Virus record (IMG/VR): IMGVR_UViG_3300010362_000097
Coordinates: 1-25,645 of that record
From: a virus
Taxonomy: Duplodnaviria > Caudoviricetes
Length of the DNA stretch: 25,645 nt
Direction: 5' to 3' (one strand)
Shown: positions 16,627 through 24,746 of the stretch, piece after piece
How the letters are laid out: every line of letters starts with the position of its first letter
How positions within the stretch are numbered: position 1 is the stretch's first letter
Notes under the pieces: model-generated
Told to the model about the DNA's origin: nothing
The model's input: only the letters and a program-made list of their open reading frames with translations
Database searches by the model: none
Translations under genes and position numbers: made by a program

Positions 16627-16654
16627 GCTGGTCAAAATGCGTTGTGTTAGAACC

Positions 16655-17275
16655 ATGAAAGATACAACTACCTCGGTGCTCGGCTTCGACGTCCCCGTTA
16701 CAGGTCAACCAACGACCTTGGAAGAGGGTGTCGCAGCGGCAGGTGGTGAGCAACAGTTGCTTGATGGTTGGGTGGATTATGTCCGCTTCCACAAGACCAA
16801 CACGTCTGCTCGCTCTGCCGTGGTCGACGCACTGGAAGAAGTGCTACAAGTCAAGAGAGCCACAGAGTCCGTCAGTTCACCAACCAAAGCCGATCCGAAA
16901 CGGATGATTGAGAAGTATTCGGAAAGCGAACAGACATTCGCAGACCGGGCAGTCGTCGCCAGCGGCAAAACTCGCGCAGAGGTTTGGGACATGATCAAGG
17001 AAACGGTTGGTTCAATTCCGTTCCAAGGTCAAGCACGGGAAGGTGGTGCACGTCTGGCCAAGCAAGACACCGTCAAGGCACAGACGCTCATCGACGCCGA
17101 AGGCGACAAGTGGAAACAAGCGGTCCAACTTTTGGAGACCAAAAACGCTGGTCTCAAAGTGGAGATGGACGAGGCGACCGGGAAACCGAAAGTCGAGTCA
17201 CTCGCCGCTGCACTTCGCACGAATCGTCGTCGACTGGAGCAGGAAGAAAACGCTGCTCTCGGTCTCGCGGCTTAA
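16655..17275 (+). CDS. Hypothetical helical protein
   Basis: ~206 aa from ATG 16655 (track starts at 16637); GC3-rich codon use; followed by a terminator. Confidence 0.8.
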   Translation: MKDTTTSVLGFDVPVTGQPTTLEEGVAAAGGEQQLLDGWVDYVRFHKTNTSARSAVVDALEEVLQVKRATESVSSPTKADPKRMIEKYSESEQTFADRAVVASGKTRAEVWDMIKETVGSIPFQGQAREGGARLAKQDTVKAQTLIDAEGDKWKQAVQLLETKNAGLKVEMDEATGKPKVESLAAALRTNRRRLEQEENAALGLAA

Positions 17276-17348
17276 CCCTCAGCATCCAACAGAAACACGT
17301 GTGGTTTCATTGCTCCACCGTTTACAAAGAAACAAAAGTGATGCAGTT

Positions 17349-17379
17349 TGGCCATTCTGTAAAAATGGCCACATTTTTT
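17349..17379 (+). terminator. Probable Rho-independent terminator
   Basis: TGGCCATT-N7-AATGGCCA then CATTTTTT. Confidence 0.55.
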
Positions 17380-17402
17380 ATAACCACCAACAATAAACAT
17401 AT

Positions 17403-17675
17403 ATGGCACTGACAGGAACACAAGTAAACGTTCAGGACGTTAAGAAACACGGAGTGATGCTAGGTCTGGAAGCAGAACTCAACGCACAAGGAATTTGTCT
17501 AACCAACCTCATCAAGGATCGTGAGTGGCTCAAAGCGGCTACACACGCAGCAAACATCAAACAACTTCTCGATGAATTACATTTCACCGAACAACTTCCA
17601 ACAAAACCATGCGCATTGACGTCACCAAACAAGAATTTGAAATCATCGTCGACTGCCTCAAAGGACAGCCACTAA
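17403..17675 (+). CDS. Hypothetical protein
   Basis: 90 aa; A/C-rich leader; 3' end overlaps the next ORF. Confidence 0.6.
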   Translation: MALTGTQVNVQDVKKHGVMLGLEAELNAQGICLTNLIKDREWLKAATHAANIKQLLDELHFTEQLPTKPCALTSPNKNLKSSSTASKDSH

Positions 17676-17926
17676 AATGCTATAGGAAACAACGAGAACG
17701 ATTGGCTCGGAGTTTTGAGCAGCGACTTCATCCACCGGACTCCAACGGTTGGGCACCATTCAAACAGAAACGGCCGTCGATCAGGTCGAGTTGGCCAACC
17801 GGTGCAGTTAAAGCGGACAAGAAACCCGACTGGGCTTTTAGACGACAATGTAAAGTGCAGGGTGAAGCTAAAGTAAAAGGGGTTAAGAAACCACTAACTG
17901 CGGACGAGATTCTTGCTGAGTTATGA
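17609..17926 (+). CDS. Basic hypothetical protein ending LTADEILAEL
   Basis: 105 aa; ATGA coupling to the next gene. Confidence 0.65.
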   Translation: MRIDVTKQEFEIIVDCLKGQPLKCYRKQRERLARSFEQRLHPPDSNGWAPFKQKRPSIRSSWPTGAVKADKKPDWAFRRQCKVQGEAKVKGVKKPLTADEILAEL

Positions 17927-18564
17927 AACCAAAGGACGATTCTACCTACCACATTATAGACAACAATCCAGTGTCTATCTACGACGTCGTGGAACAAGCA
18001 CCAGAAATTCCGCACTACATCCCAACTTATCTCAAAGAAAAGTTGATTCGTGCGCGATACTTGCCCATTTTACAACGATTAGTTAAAGAACATAGTGAAA
18101 AAGGCATTACTACGATTGAAATAGTTCCGTGGGTTGAGATTAACGGCAAGCTTAGTTGCAGCACAGTTAAATCACGTCTAGCCGACGCTGCGAACGCGAT
18201 TGTTAAACGACGTCCAGAAATGGAGTGGATCACCCACGATGACATTGACGTGGATTTGTTAGCTAGAGTCTGGTCACAATATAAGATCACGTTCGCCCAC
18301 GACACACTTATTATTAGTCACAGAAATCCACAAGCTGTTGCTAATTTTAACAAAGGAAAAATTCCCACACTTCACCTAACTCTTAGAACCACTCAAGACA
18401 AATTTGAACAGAGTTTGTCAGCGGCCCACACACTCTACATCAACAATGTTGTTGTTGGGACAATAACCGTTGTCGGTCCAACTGATGAAGCACTCAAGTC
18501 CAAGTTCAACTCGTGGGGTTTCCACGTTGATAACAACAACAACCACGCCAAAATGTTTTTATGA
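17923..18564 (+). CDS. Hypothetical protein
   Basis: 213 aa; coupled at both ends. Confidence 0.75.
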   Translation: MKPKDDSTYHIIDNNPVSIYDVVEQAPEIPHYIPTYLKEKLIRARYLPILQRLVKEHSEKGITTIEIVPWVEINGKLSCSTVKSRLADAANAIVKRRPEMEWITHDDIDVDLLARVWSQYKITFAHDTLIISHRNPQAVANFNKGKIPTLHLTLRTTQDKFEQSLSAAHTLYINNVVVGTITVVGPTDEALKSKFNSWGFHVDNNNNHAKMFL

Positions 18565-19016
18565 TACACAACCCTTATCCTATACCAACTTCCGACGACG
18601 ACAAGGCGGCTTGTCGTTTCCAAACATACCTCAGCGGTAAAGACCGAGCACTGTTGTTCGGGATTAGACCCATTAGAGGTACACCACAAGCAGTTATAAA
18701 CAACCTTATCAAAAACCTATGCGATGAACTCAGAGAACTTAACATCACAGACTACCGACCAGACGCCGACGACATCTTCTCCATCCTTGTTGAGCGGAGA
18801 GCACTCTCCCCCGACCAACTCAGTCGTATCAGACGCACCATTGATAGCACTGATAAACAAGTTCCCGCGCGGGTTCAGCAACATAGCGGAGGGTCAGGAG
18901 TTCGTGAAAGAGCTACAAGCACTACGTCTGGTGCCAACCACCCTCCGTTCCAAGTTGTCAGAGGAAAGCAACCAAATAGCCAAAAGAAGTCCAAGACCAA
19001 GAAAGGTCGTGGTTAA
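18561..19016 (+). CDS. Hypothetical protein (globular N-half, basic disordered tail)
   Basis: 151 aa; ATGA-coupled start. Confidence 0.6.
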   Translation: MIHNPYPIPTSDDDKAACRFQTYLSGKDRALLFGIRPIRGTPQAVINNLIKNLCDELRELNITDYRPDADDIFSILVERRALSPDQLSRIRRTIDSTDKQVPARVQQHSGGSGVRERATSTTSGANHPPFQVVRGKQPNSQKKSKTKKGRG

Positions 19017-19050
19017 GCTTAGCGCAGATGACATTCTAGCGAGTTTATGA
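18724..19050 (+). CDS. Hypothetical protein ending LSADDILASL, overlapping the previous gene
   Basis: 108 aa; stop is ATGA-coupled to 19047; amphipathic helical C-half. Confidence 0.55.
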   Translation: MNSENLTSQTTDQTPTTSSPSLLSGEHSPPTNSVVSDAPLIALINKFPRGFSNIAEGQEFVKELQALRLVPTTLRSKLSEESNQIAKRSPRPRKVVVKLSADDILASL

Positions 19051-19289
19051 AAGACCAATCTTACTTCAAAAGGGTGGACGATTTCATATCAAGTCCACCA
19101 ATGAAAGAACTGTATCGCAACAATCCAGTTGTCTACAAACTAGTCAATGAGTATGGACTAGGACTTATCGTGACTAAAGAGGAGTGTTTATACCAAATCA
19201 TTATTTGGTTGGCCAAAAATTGGTCGGAGCTACAAGAACAACATTTTAACCTGTTAATGAACACAGCGGTTCCGAACATAAAACCATGA
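19047..19289 (+). CDS. Hypothetical protein
   Basis: 80 aa; coupled at both ends. Confidence 0.7.
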   Translation: MKDQSYFKRVDDFISSPPMKELYRNNPVVYKLVNEYGLGLIVTKEECLYQIIIWLAKNWSELQEQHFNLLMNTAVPNIKP

Positions 19290-19507
19290 CACCAAGAAAA
19301 CACACAAAGACAGGTAAAATCGCACGACAAGAGAAGATACAACACATGATAAATAAGCGTGACAAACTCGCTATGATTGAAGCACTAATATTTTCACATG
19401 AACGCGCGTTTAATCCTGACGTCAATGAGATTAAAGACCTTAAACGTCGGGCCAACGAGTTACGAACGCAGTTAGCAGTAACCTCCCAAGTCTTATGCAA
19501 ACAATAG
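19286..19507 (+). CDS. Basic coiled-coil hypothetical protein
   Basis: 73 aa; coupled. Confidence 0.65.
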   Translation: MTPRKHTKTGKIARQEKIQHMINKRDKLAMIEALIFSHERAFNPDVNEIKDLKRRANELRTQLAVTSQVLCKQ

Positions 19508-20490
19508 AACTACCTAATATCAGTGTGGACGAACAAGTGATTGTGCCACCCACACCATTTCTAATCCCAATCGGCAACGACGACTATGAACTCAACGTGG
19601 ATAACACATCTAAAGAACTATTTGAAACGTGTGCACGAGCAGCACAATACTACAGCGTCCTGCGACGAGAAGGAGTTGCAGAACGAGCAGCACTCTTCCG
19701 CGGATCAGTGTGTCATGAAGCACTTGGAATACGTAAACGTAATCCTACAACTGACTTCCAAAAGGAACAGATCGCACACATCATCACACGTTACTTGGAT
19801 CGCGACTTTGGTCCAGACGAGTGGCGCACTTGCGAACACCTTATCGACACAATCACACTCTATAACAAACAGTGGCCAATAGCATCAGAGCCGTTTACAA
19901 TTTTTGAGGGTTCGACAGAGTTACCATTCAAGATTCTGTTAGGCAAGGCGGAGTTGAACTGCGAAGTCACCACCCACGCAGGGACATTCTATGTCCGAAA
20001 CGTGTTCGTATATTGGACAGGTATCATAGATGGAATCATCGACTATGGACAAGTGTTGGTGATGGATCACAAAACAACATCTGTGCTTGGTCCAACGTTC
20101 TTCGACGACTTTGTGCTGAGCAGTCAAATGAATGGTTATGTTTGGAGTGCCCGAAAACTGGGCTACCCCGCGGTTGGTTTGCTACTGGATGCGATTGCTG
20201 GTCGCAGACCGACAAAGACTGGGGTAGCCCACGAATACCAACGTAATCGTTACTTCTACGAGGAAGCACATTTGGCTGAGTGGGAAAAAGACACATTCAC
20301 CCTCATCACTGACTTTCTTGAACATCTATGTCGAGGGTATTTTCCCAAGTCACCTAAATGGTGTTTTGGTAAATACGGCAGGTGTCAGTATTGGGACGTC
20401 TGCTCCCAGTTGCCCGACCGACGACAGGATCTTATTCAGTCCGATCTCTACAAGAATGTAACTTGGTCACCGATAGCACCTACACTATGA
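19495..20490 (+). CDS. PD-(D/E)XK exonuclease, Cas4/AddB-like with Fe-S cysteines
   Basis: 331 aa; FETCAR, GSVCHEAL, GIIDGII...VMDHKTT, QMNGY and C-terminal C-x6-C-x5-C. Confidence 0.88.
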   Translation: MQTIELPNISVDEQVIVPPTPFLIPIGNDDYELNVDNTSKELFETCARAAQYYSVLRREGVAERAALFRGSVCHEALGIRKRNPTTDFQKEQIAHIITRYLDRDFGPDEWRTCEHLIDTITLYNKQWPIASEPFTIFEGSTELPFKILLGKAELNCEVTTHAGTFYVRNVFVYWTGIIDGIIDYGQVLVMDHKTTSVLGPTFFDDFVLSSQMNGYVWSARKLGYPAVGLLLDAIAGRRPTKTGVAHEYQRNRYFYEEAHLAEWEKDTFTLITDFLEHLCRGYFPKSPKWCFGKYGRCQYWDVCSQLPDRRQDLIQSDLYKNVTWSPIAPTL

Positions 20491-20672
20491 ACTTCGACGA
20501 ACTAAAACACAAACAATATATCGGAGACTCCGTCTATGTCGGCCATGATGGTTATCATGTGTGGATATACACTGACAATGGATTTGGTCCCCGCAACTCC
20601 ATCGCACTTGAACCAGATGTGTTTGATGCTTTGGTTTTGTGGAACAAACGCCGTAAGGAGACTTCACTATGA
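20487..20672 (+). CDS. Small phage protein (YIGDSVYVGHDG...IALEPDV)
   Basis: 61 aa from the ATGA-coupled start at 20487; recurrent small phage protein pattern. Confidence 0.75.
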   Translation: MNFDELKHKQYIGDSVYVGHDGYHVWIYTDNGFGPRNSIALEPDVFDALVLWNKRRKETSL

Positions 20673-20854
20673 CACGAGCATTCATTGTTAAAGTTGATGT
20701 CCAAACCGGTATGGGTTTGATGGACACAGCCGCAGACATCACCGACGCATTAGACAAATCCGCAATTCCAGTTATCTCCGTTGTTCCGTGGAAGGGTCAC
20801 GGGTTGATGACTGAACCAATTCCACCACCAATAACTCCTCCACCACTACAATGA
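20669..20854 (+). CDS. Hypothetical protein
   Basis: 61 aa; SD AAGGAG; Pro-rich tail. Confidence 0.7.
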   Translation: MTRAFIVKVDVQTGMGLMDTAADITDALDKSAIPVISVVPWKGHGLMTEPIPPPITPPPLQ

Positions 20855-21123
20855 TCACCCGCCACAACCTAGTCACCGCTTTACGCGTTCTTCACGAGAA
20901 CGATGTAATAACCAAAATCGTAACACGAGCTAAGAGAATCGACATCCACTTTGTCACTGGTGGACGCGATAGTCTGCTCGTGATACCCAACCCAACACCA
21001 ATAAATGACAACGACAATAGTAAACGCAGAACCACCAAAGCTACAGTTACCAAAACAACCAATCCCACCACAAACAGTCGATCCGAGAGTGTTAATACTC
21101 TACGGTCCTCCAAAGGTGGGTAA
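20851..21123 (+). CDS. Hypothetical protein
   Basis: 90 aa; coupled start; tail overlaps the ATPase gene. Confidence 0.5.
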   Translation: MITRHNLVTALRVLHENDVITKIVTRAKRIDIHFVTGGRDSLLVIPNPTPINDNDNSKRRTTKATVTKTTNPTTNSRSESVNTLRSSKGG

Positions 21124-21757
21124 AACAACTGTGCTGTCGCAGTTGCCCGGTTGTCTAATCGTCGACCTCGAAGATGGAACAGACTATATATCGGCGCTCA
21201 AAGTTAAGGCGCACAACATGTCTGAACTTGAGACGATTGCGCAAGCACTACGCAATCCACCCAACCAGTATCCTTATATTGCCATTGACACAGTTTCAGC
21301 AATGGAAGATTGGGCGGAAATCAGGGGTACAGAACGTTACAAAAACAACCCGACTGGTAAGAACTTCCACGGGACTTCAATCTTGGAGCTTCCACACGGA
21401 CATGGTTATTTATGGTTGCGGCTTGCGTACCAAGAACTGCTTGGGATGTTTTCAGGCACGACTACACGCCTCATTCTGGTCTGTCATATCAGAGACAAAT
21501 TTCTTGACAAAGGGGGACAAGAAGTTGCCGTCAAAGACCTCGAACTCACTGGTAAGATTCGGAACATCACTGCGTCACGGGCAGACGCCATCGGTTATAT
21601 GTATCGCAACATCGCAACGAATCAGGGTGCGCTCATGGTCTCGTTTCAAACATTCGAACACGTCAGTTGTGGATCACGATGTGAGCACTTGAGAGGTGCG
21701 AACTTCGCCTTTGACTGGCACAAAATCTATACGGAGTTAAAACCATATGCACCCTAA
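21005..21757 (+). CDS. AAA_24 / Sak4-like ATPase (single-strand annealing recombinase)
   Basis: Walker A GPPKVGKTT, IVDLEDGT, Walker B IAIDTVS, LVCH, ADAIGY; sits between the exonuclease and the SSB-like gene. Confidence 0.85.
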   Translation: MTTTIVNAEPPKLQLPKQPIPPQTVDPRVLILYGPPKVGKTTVLSQLPGCLIVDLEDGTDYISALKVKAHNMSELETIAQALRNPPNQYPYIAIDTVSAMEDWAEIRGTERYKNNPTGKNFHGTSILELPHGHGYLWLRLAYQELLGMFSGTTTRLILVCHIRDKFLDKGGQEVAVKDLELTGKIRNITASRADAIGYMYRNIATNQGALMVSFQTFEHVSCGSRCEHLRGANFAFDWHKIYTELKPYAP

Positions 21758-21974
21758 AGGACATGCAGGTTGGAACGCAAACACCAATTTGGTCGGCGGC
21801 GAGAGCACACTCAATCAGGAGTCGTCGAAAGACGAGGTTATTGTGCCTGAATCTCCTGAGCCGTCGACCACCGAGTTCATCTCCACTCTCACACCAGAGG
21901 AAGCCTACAAATATGGCTATCGACAAGGCGTCAAGGATTCACAATCACCAAGGTTCCCCGACGACGGTCTATGA
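21747..21974 (+). CDS. Acidic hypothetical protein
   Basis: 75 aa; EAYKYGYRQG motif. Confidence 0.55.
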   Translation: MHPKGHAGWNANTNLVGGESTLNQESSKDEVIVPESPEPSTTEFISTLTPEEAYKYGYRQGVKDSQSPRFPDDGL

Positions 21975-22006
21975 TTTAATCCAAACCAAGAAAGAAGGTG
22001 AAACAC

Positions 22007-22402
22007 ATGAAACGGATAGTAGCAGCAGCAGTGGTAGTAGCAGTAGTCGTAACCGGGGCCACGCTGATCAAGACCGATCAGTTCCGACCCAGTTCGGCGC
22101 AACTAAGCAAAGTCCACCTCGACTCTGCTAAGTTCATTAAAGACAACGAGGTCTTTCGTGGTGCTCCAAACTGTATGTGGCGGATCGCACTCCCCACACC
22201 AGTCCCAGGCTCACTAGAAGACATGCGTTATAAGTCTCAAATGAACAAGACGCTCATCCAGATGGAAGACAACACAGTCGCCAGTGAGCGTCATGACATG
22301 GAGCACTACCTACAACGGCAGGACAAGATGATAGCACCTAAAACTAAGGTGAATCCCTGTCCACCGAATTGTGGCTCCTCTACAAGAATCGTCCAGAAGT
22401 GA
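22007..22402 (+). CDS. Exported or membrane-anchored hypothetical protein
   Basis: MKRIVAAAVVVAVVVTGATL signal/anchor after SD GAAGGTG. Confidence 0.65.
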   Translation: MKRIVAAAVVVAVVVTGATLIKTDQFRPSSAQLSKVHLDSAKFIKDNEVFRGAPNCMWRIALPTPVPGSLEDMRYKSQMNKTLIQMEDNTVASERHDMEHYLQRQDKMIAPKTKVNPCPPNCGSSTRIVQK

Positions 22403-23091
22403 AAGACGGCTTGTATCGTGTGGAAGTCGGCGGAGTATGTGGTGGCTTCGAGATTCAAAATGACGTGATCACTCGTTGTGCACCCATACTCCGTCGCAAG
22501 TTCAGCTTTTGGGTCAAGCACGCTGTGCTTGTGCCTCAACAACCGGAACGCACGTCCGTTAATCGTGCCGATAAAACAACAATGGAAACAACAACAACTG
22601 AGCTAGTGGACCAAATTCCACTGGCACCTGAAAGTGAAATCATCGACTTAGGGTTCGATGTAACCGAAGCCGACGTTGCACGTCCAGTCATCAAGGGTGG
22701 AAAGTACAACGCCACAATCTCTTATGTGCGGCAAGAGCCGTCACGTAAGGCGAACCTACCACAACTGCTCGTAGGTTTTCGGTTGAGCGAACCAACCAAG
22801 TCCATCGACGGGAAAGACGTCGGTGAAGGTTTCACGATCACTCAACGCATCCTAATGCAACCCACTGGAGGTCTAACCCAGCAGATGATCAACGATCGTC
22901 TAAAGCGAATACACTTCGCAGCTGCTGGACCGGGTCGGGTTACAACAGCAGGATGGGTTGGGAAACCCGTCCAAGTCCGTGTCAGTCTGCGTGAACCGCA
23001 CAAAGACAAGGAGACGGGCGAGGAGTATGATGCCAGCAATGACATTGCGGGTGTTTATCCTCCAACGAAGTCTGCAGAAGCAGCAGCCTAA
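22399..23091 (+). CDS. DUF669-like single-stranded DNA-binding protein (probable internal start 22582)
   Basis: PVIKGGKYNATISYV...L.V.F......WVGKPVQVRV......Y...NDI layout is typical of phage OB-fold SSBs that partner Sak4; preceded in frame by a distinct ~45-aa domain starting at GTG 22399. Confidence 0.65.
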   Translation: MKDGLYRVEVGGVCGGFEIQNDVITRCAPILRRKFSFWVKHAVLVPQQPERTSVNRADKTTMETTTTELVDQIPLAPESEIIDLGFDVTEADVARPVIKGGKYNATISYVRQEPSRKANLPQLLVGFRLSEPTKSIDGKDVGEGFTITQRILMQPTGGLTQQMINDRLKRIHFAAAGPGRVTTAGWVGKPVQVRVSLREPHKDKETGEEYDASNDIAGVYPPTKSAEAAA

Positions 23092-23102
23092 CTTTCATTA
23101 GG

Positions 23103-23144
23103 CACGGGGACTGGTGAGTCCTCCGTGAACGGGCTCACCACTTT
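23103..23144 (+). promoter_or_regulatory. Overlapping hairpins (weak terminator/antiterminator or pseudoknot)
   Basis: CACGGGGAC/GTCCTCCGTG versus TGGTGAGTCC/GGGCTCACCA, followed by CTTT. Confidence 0.45.
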
Positions 23145-23174
23145 AACAACAAACCAAACAGAAAGGTAAATCAG

Positions 23175-23483
23175 ATGGCAACAGAAAAACAACACACAGC
23201 ACATCATACAGAGTCTCACACTGACTCTACTCCACCCGATCCCGAAAAGCAGCGTCTAGAACGGGAGAAGTTGGTTCAAGACGGCATCAAAGCCACCAAA
23301 GAAGCCGAGGAGAAAAACCTCAAGGAGGTCCGTACTCCCAAGGAGGGTGACAGCGTTCCGATCGTGGATCGCGCAGTTGCAGGATTACCGGGTGGTGGTC
23401 CTGCACACATTCCGGGTTTCTCCTCTGGTGGTCTACCCGCCGAGGCAGTTGCGGAACCGAAAAAGAAGACGGAGAAAAAGTAA
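23175..23483 (+). CDS. Charged, largely disordered hypothetical protein
   Basis: 102 aa; SD GAAAGGT. Confidence 0.75.
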   Translation: MATEKQHTAHHTESHTDSTPPDPEKQRLEREKLVQDGIKATKEAEEKNLKEVRTPKEGDSVPIVDRAVAGLPGGGPAHIPGFSSGGLPAEAVAEPKKKTEKK

Positions 23484-23510
23484 CTTCTACCCAGTCCCAC
23501 CAACACCATT

Positions 23511-23795
23511 ATGAACTCTTTAAACCAAGGAACAACAAAAACGGAATCTCCACTCGAAGGAGTGATTAACCGACTCGAACAACTTTCTCGTTCGTACGAA
23601 GAACTCGTTTCAATAATGCTCAACAAAATGAGTTCTATATCAGACATGGGTAGAGCAACTGACGCGCCGAATAAAGTCCCACCACTAACGCGTGTGCAAC
23701 ACAGCCCAGTAGTTACCAAACTAGAAGAAACCGCCGACGCTTTTAACGCCCACCTTAACAGTATTCGTTCAATCTTAGAACAACTCGACGTATGA
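23511..23795 (+). CDS. Helical-hairpin hypothetical protein
   Basis: 94 aa; coupled to the next gene. Confidence 0.7.
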   Translation: MNSLNQGTTKTESPLEGVINRLEQLSRSYEELVSIMLNKMSSISDMGRATDAPNKVPPLTRVQHSPVVTKLEETADAFNAHLNSIRSILEQLDV

Positions 23796-24568
23796 TTACA
23801 TTAACCGAAGAAAATCTCCGCACACTTGTGCCCTCAGCCTACGCTGAAGGTCCAGCAGATACCGTCTCTGACCGTTACAGCTTCATCAACACCCGCAGTG
23901 TTATAGACCGATTAGCTGACCGAGGTTGGTTTCCAGTTCGTGCCTCTCAATCTACGAAAGTGCACGACCTTCTTCACACAACCCACAACATCACCTTCCG
24001 CAAATCCGACGAACGCATCAAGGTCGGTGACGTCTCGCCTGAAATCAGTGTCACCAACAACCACGCCGCTTTCAAACGTGCCATCATGCGTGCTGGTTTT
24101 TACCGTTGGGCTTGTACTAACGGCTTAGTTGTAGCAGTCCCTGGTTTGCCCGACGCACGTTTCTCTGTCATCCACATCGACGATGCTGCGTTTGACTTCG
24201 ACCTCTCATTCGAGACGGCGTTGTCCCAAATGGAAGCAGCCACAGCTCAAATCGAAAAGTGGATTCACACTCCAATGAACTTTATCGAACGAAACGACTT
24301 TGCTGCCAAAGCGATCCTACTTCGTAACCACGAGGACACAATCTGGTCAAAGCACTTCGATGCTCACGAGTTCCTCACTATTCGTCGACCGGCCGACATG
24401 CAAAACAACCTCTGGACAATCTTCAATGTTGTCCAAGAGAACATTATCAAGGGCGGCGTTATGGGTAATGCCCGCAAAACCCGCCCTATCACTCAAGTCT
24501 CTGAAGTCCAACGTATCAACGAAGGTCTTTGGGAACTTGCAACCCAATATGGACAGTCCCTTAACTAA
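23792..24568 (+). CDS. DUF932 (DUF945) family protein
   Basis: VSDRYSFINT..VI..L...GW.PV.ASQ, PEI...NNH, AGFYRWACTNGLVV and NNLWTIFNVVQENIIKGG. Confidence 0.88.
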   Translation: MITLTEENLRTLVPSAYAEGPADTVSDRYSFINTRSVIDRLADRGWFPVRASQSTKVHDLLHTTHNITFRKSDERIKVGDVSPEISVTNNHAAFKRAIMRAGFYRWACTNGLVVAVPGLPDARFSVIHIDDAAFDFDLSFETALSQMEAATAQIEKWIHTPMNFIERNDFAAKAILLRNHEDTIWSKHFDAHEFLTIRRPADMQNNLWTIFNVVQENIIKGGVMGNARKTRPITQVSEVQRINEGLWELATQYGQSLN

Positions 24569-24746
24569 CTCAGTTAACCACCTACTCAAACAAGGTTATC
24601 GCTGCCAGCTCGTCACACCCGATCTGGCAGTGCTAGCTAAACCAAACCCAAATAACCACTACCTCTCAATCATCACTGTCTCTGGCGATGGAACAGTCGA
24701 AACCAAGCCACTCAGTGAATTTTTAGAAAGCATACTCAATGGATGA
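24549..24746 (+). CDS. Hypothetical protein (65 aa, MDSPLTNSVNHLLKQGY...)
   Basis: 3' part of the track ORF 24300..24746, restarted at ATG 24549; fills the operon gap. Confidence 0.6.
   Translation: MDSPLTNSVNHLLKQGYRCQLVTPDLAVLAKPNPNNHYLSIITVSGDGTVETKPLSEFLESILNG

Noticed and set aside
19495-20490. Cas4 as evidence of a CRISPR-Cas system
   Set aside because: No cas1/cas2 or array; solo Cas4-like nucleases are common in phage recombination modules.
23111-23140. Hammerhead-like CTGGTGAGTCC
   Set aside because: Core is CUGGUGA rather than CUGAUGA and there is no GAAA after stem II.
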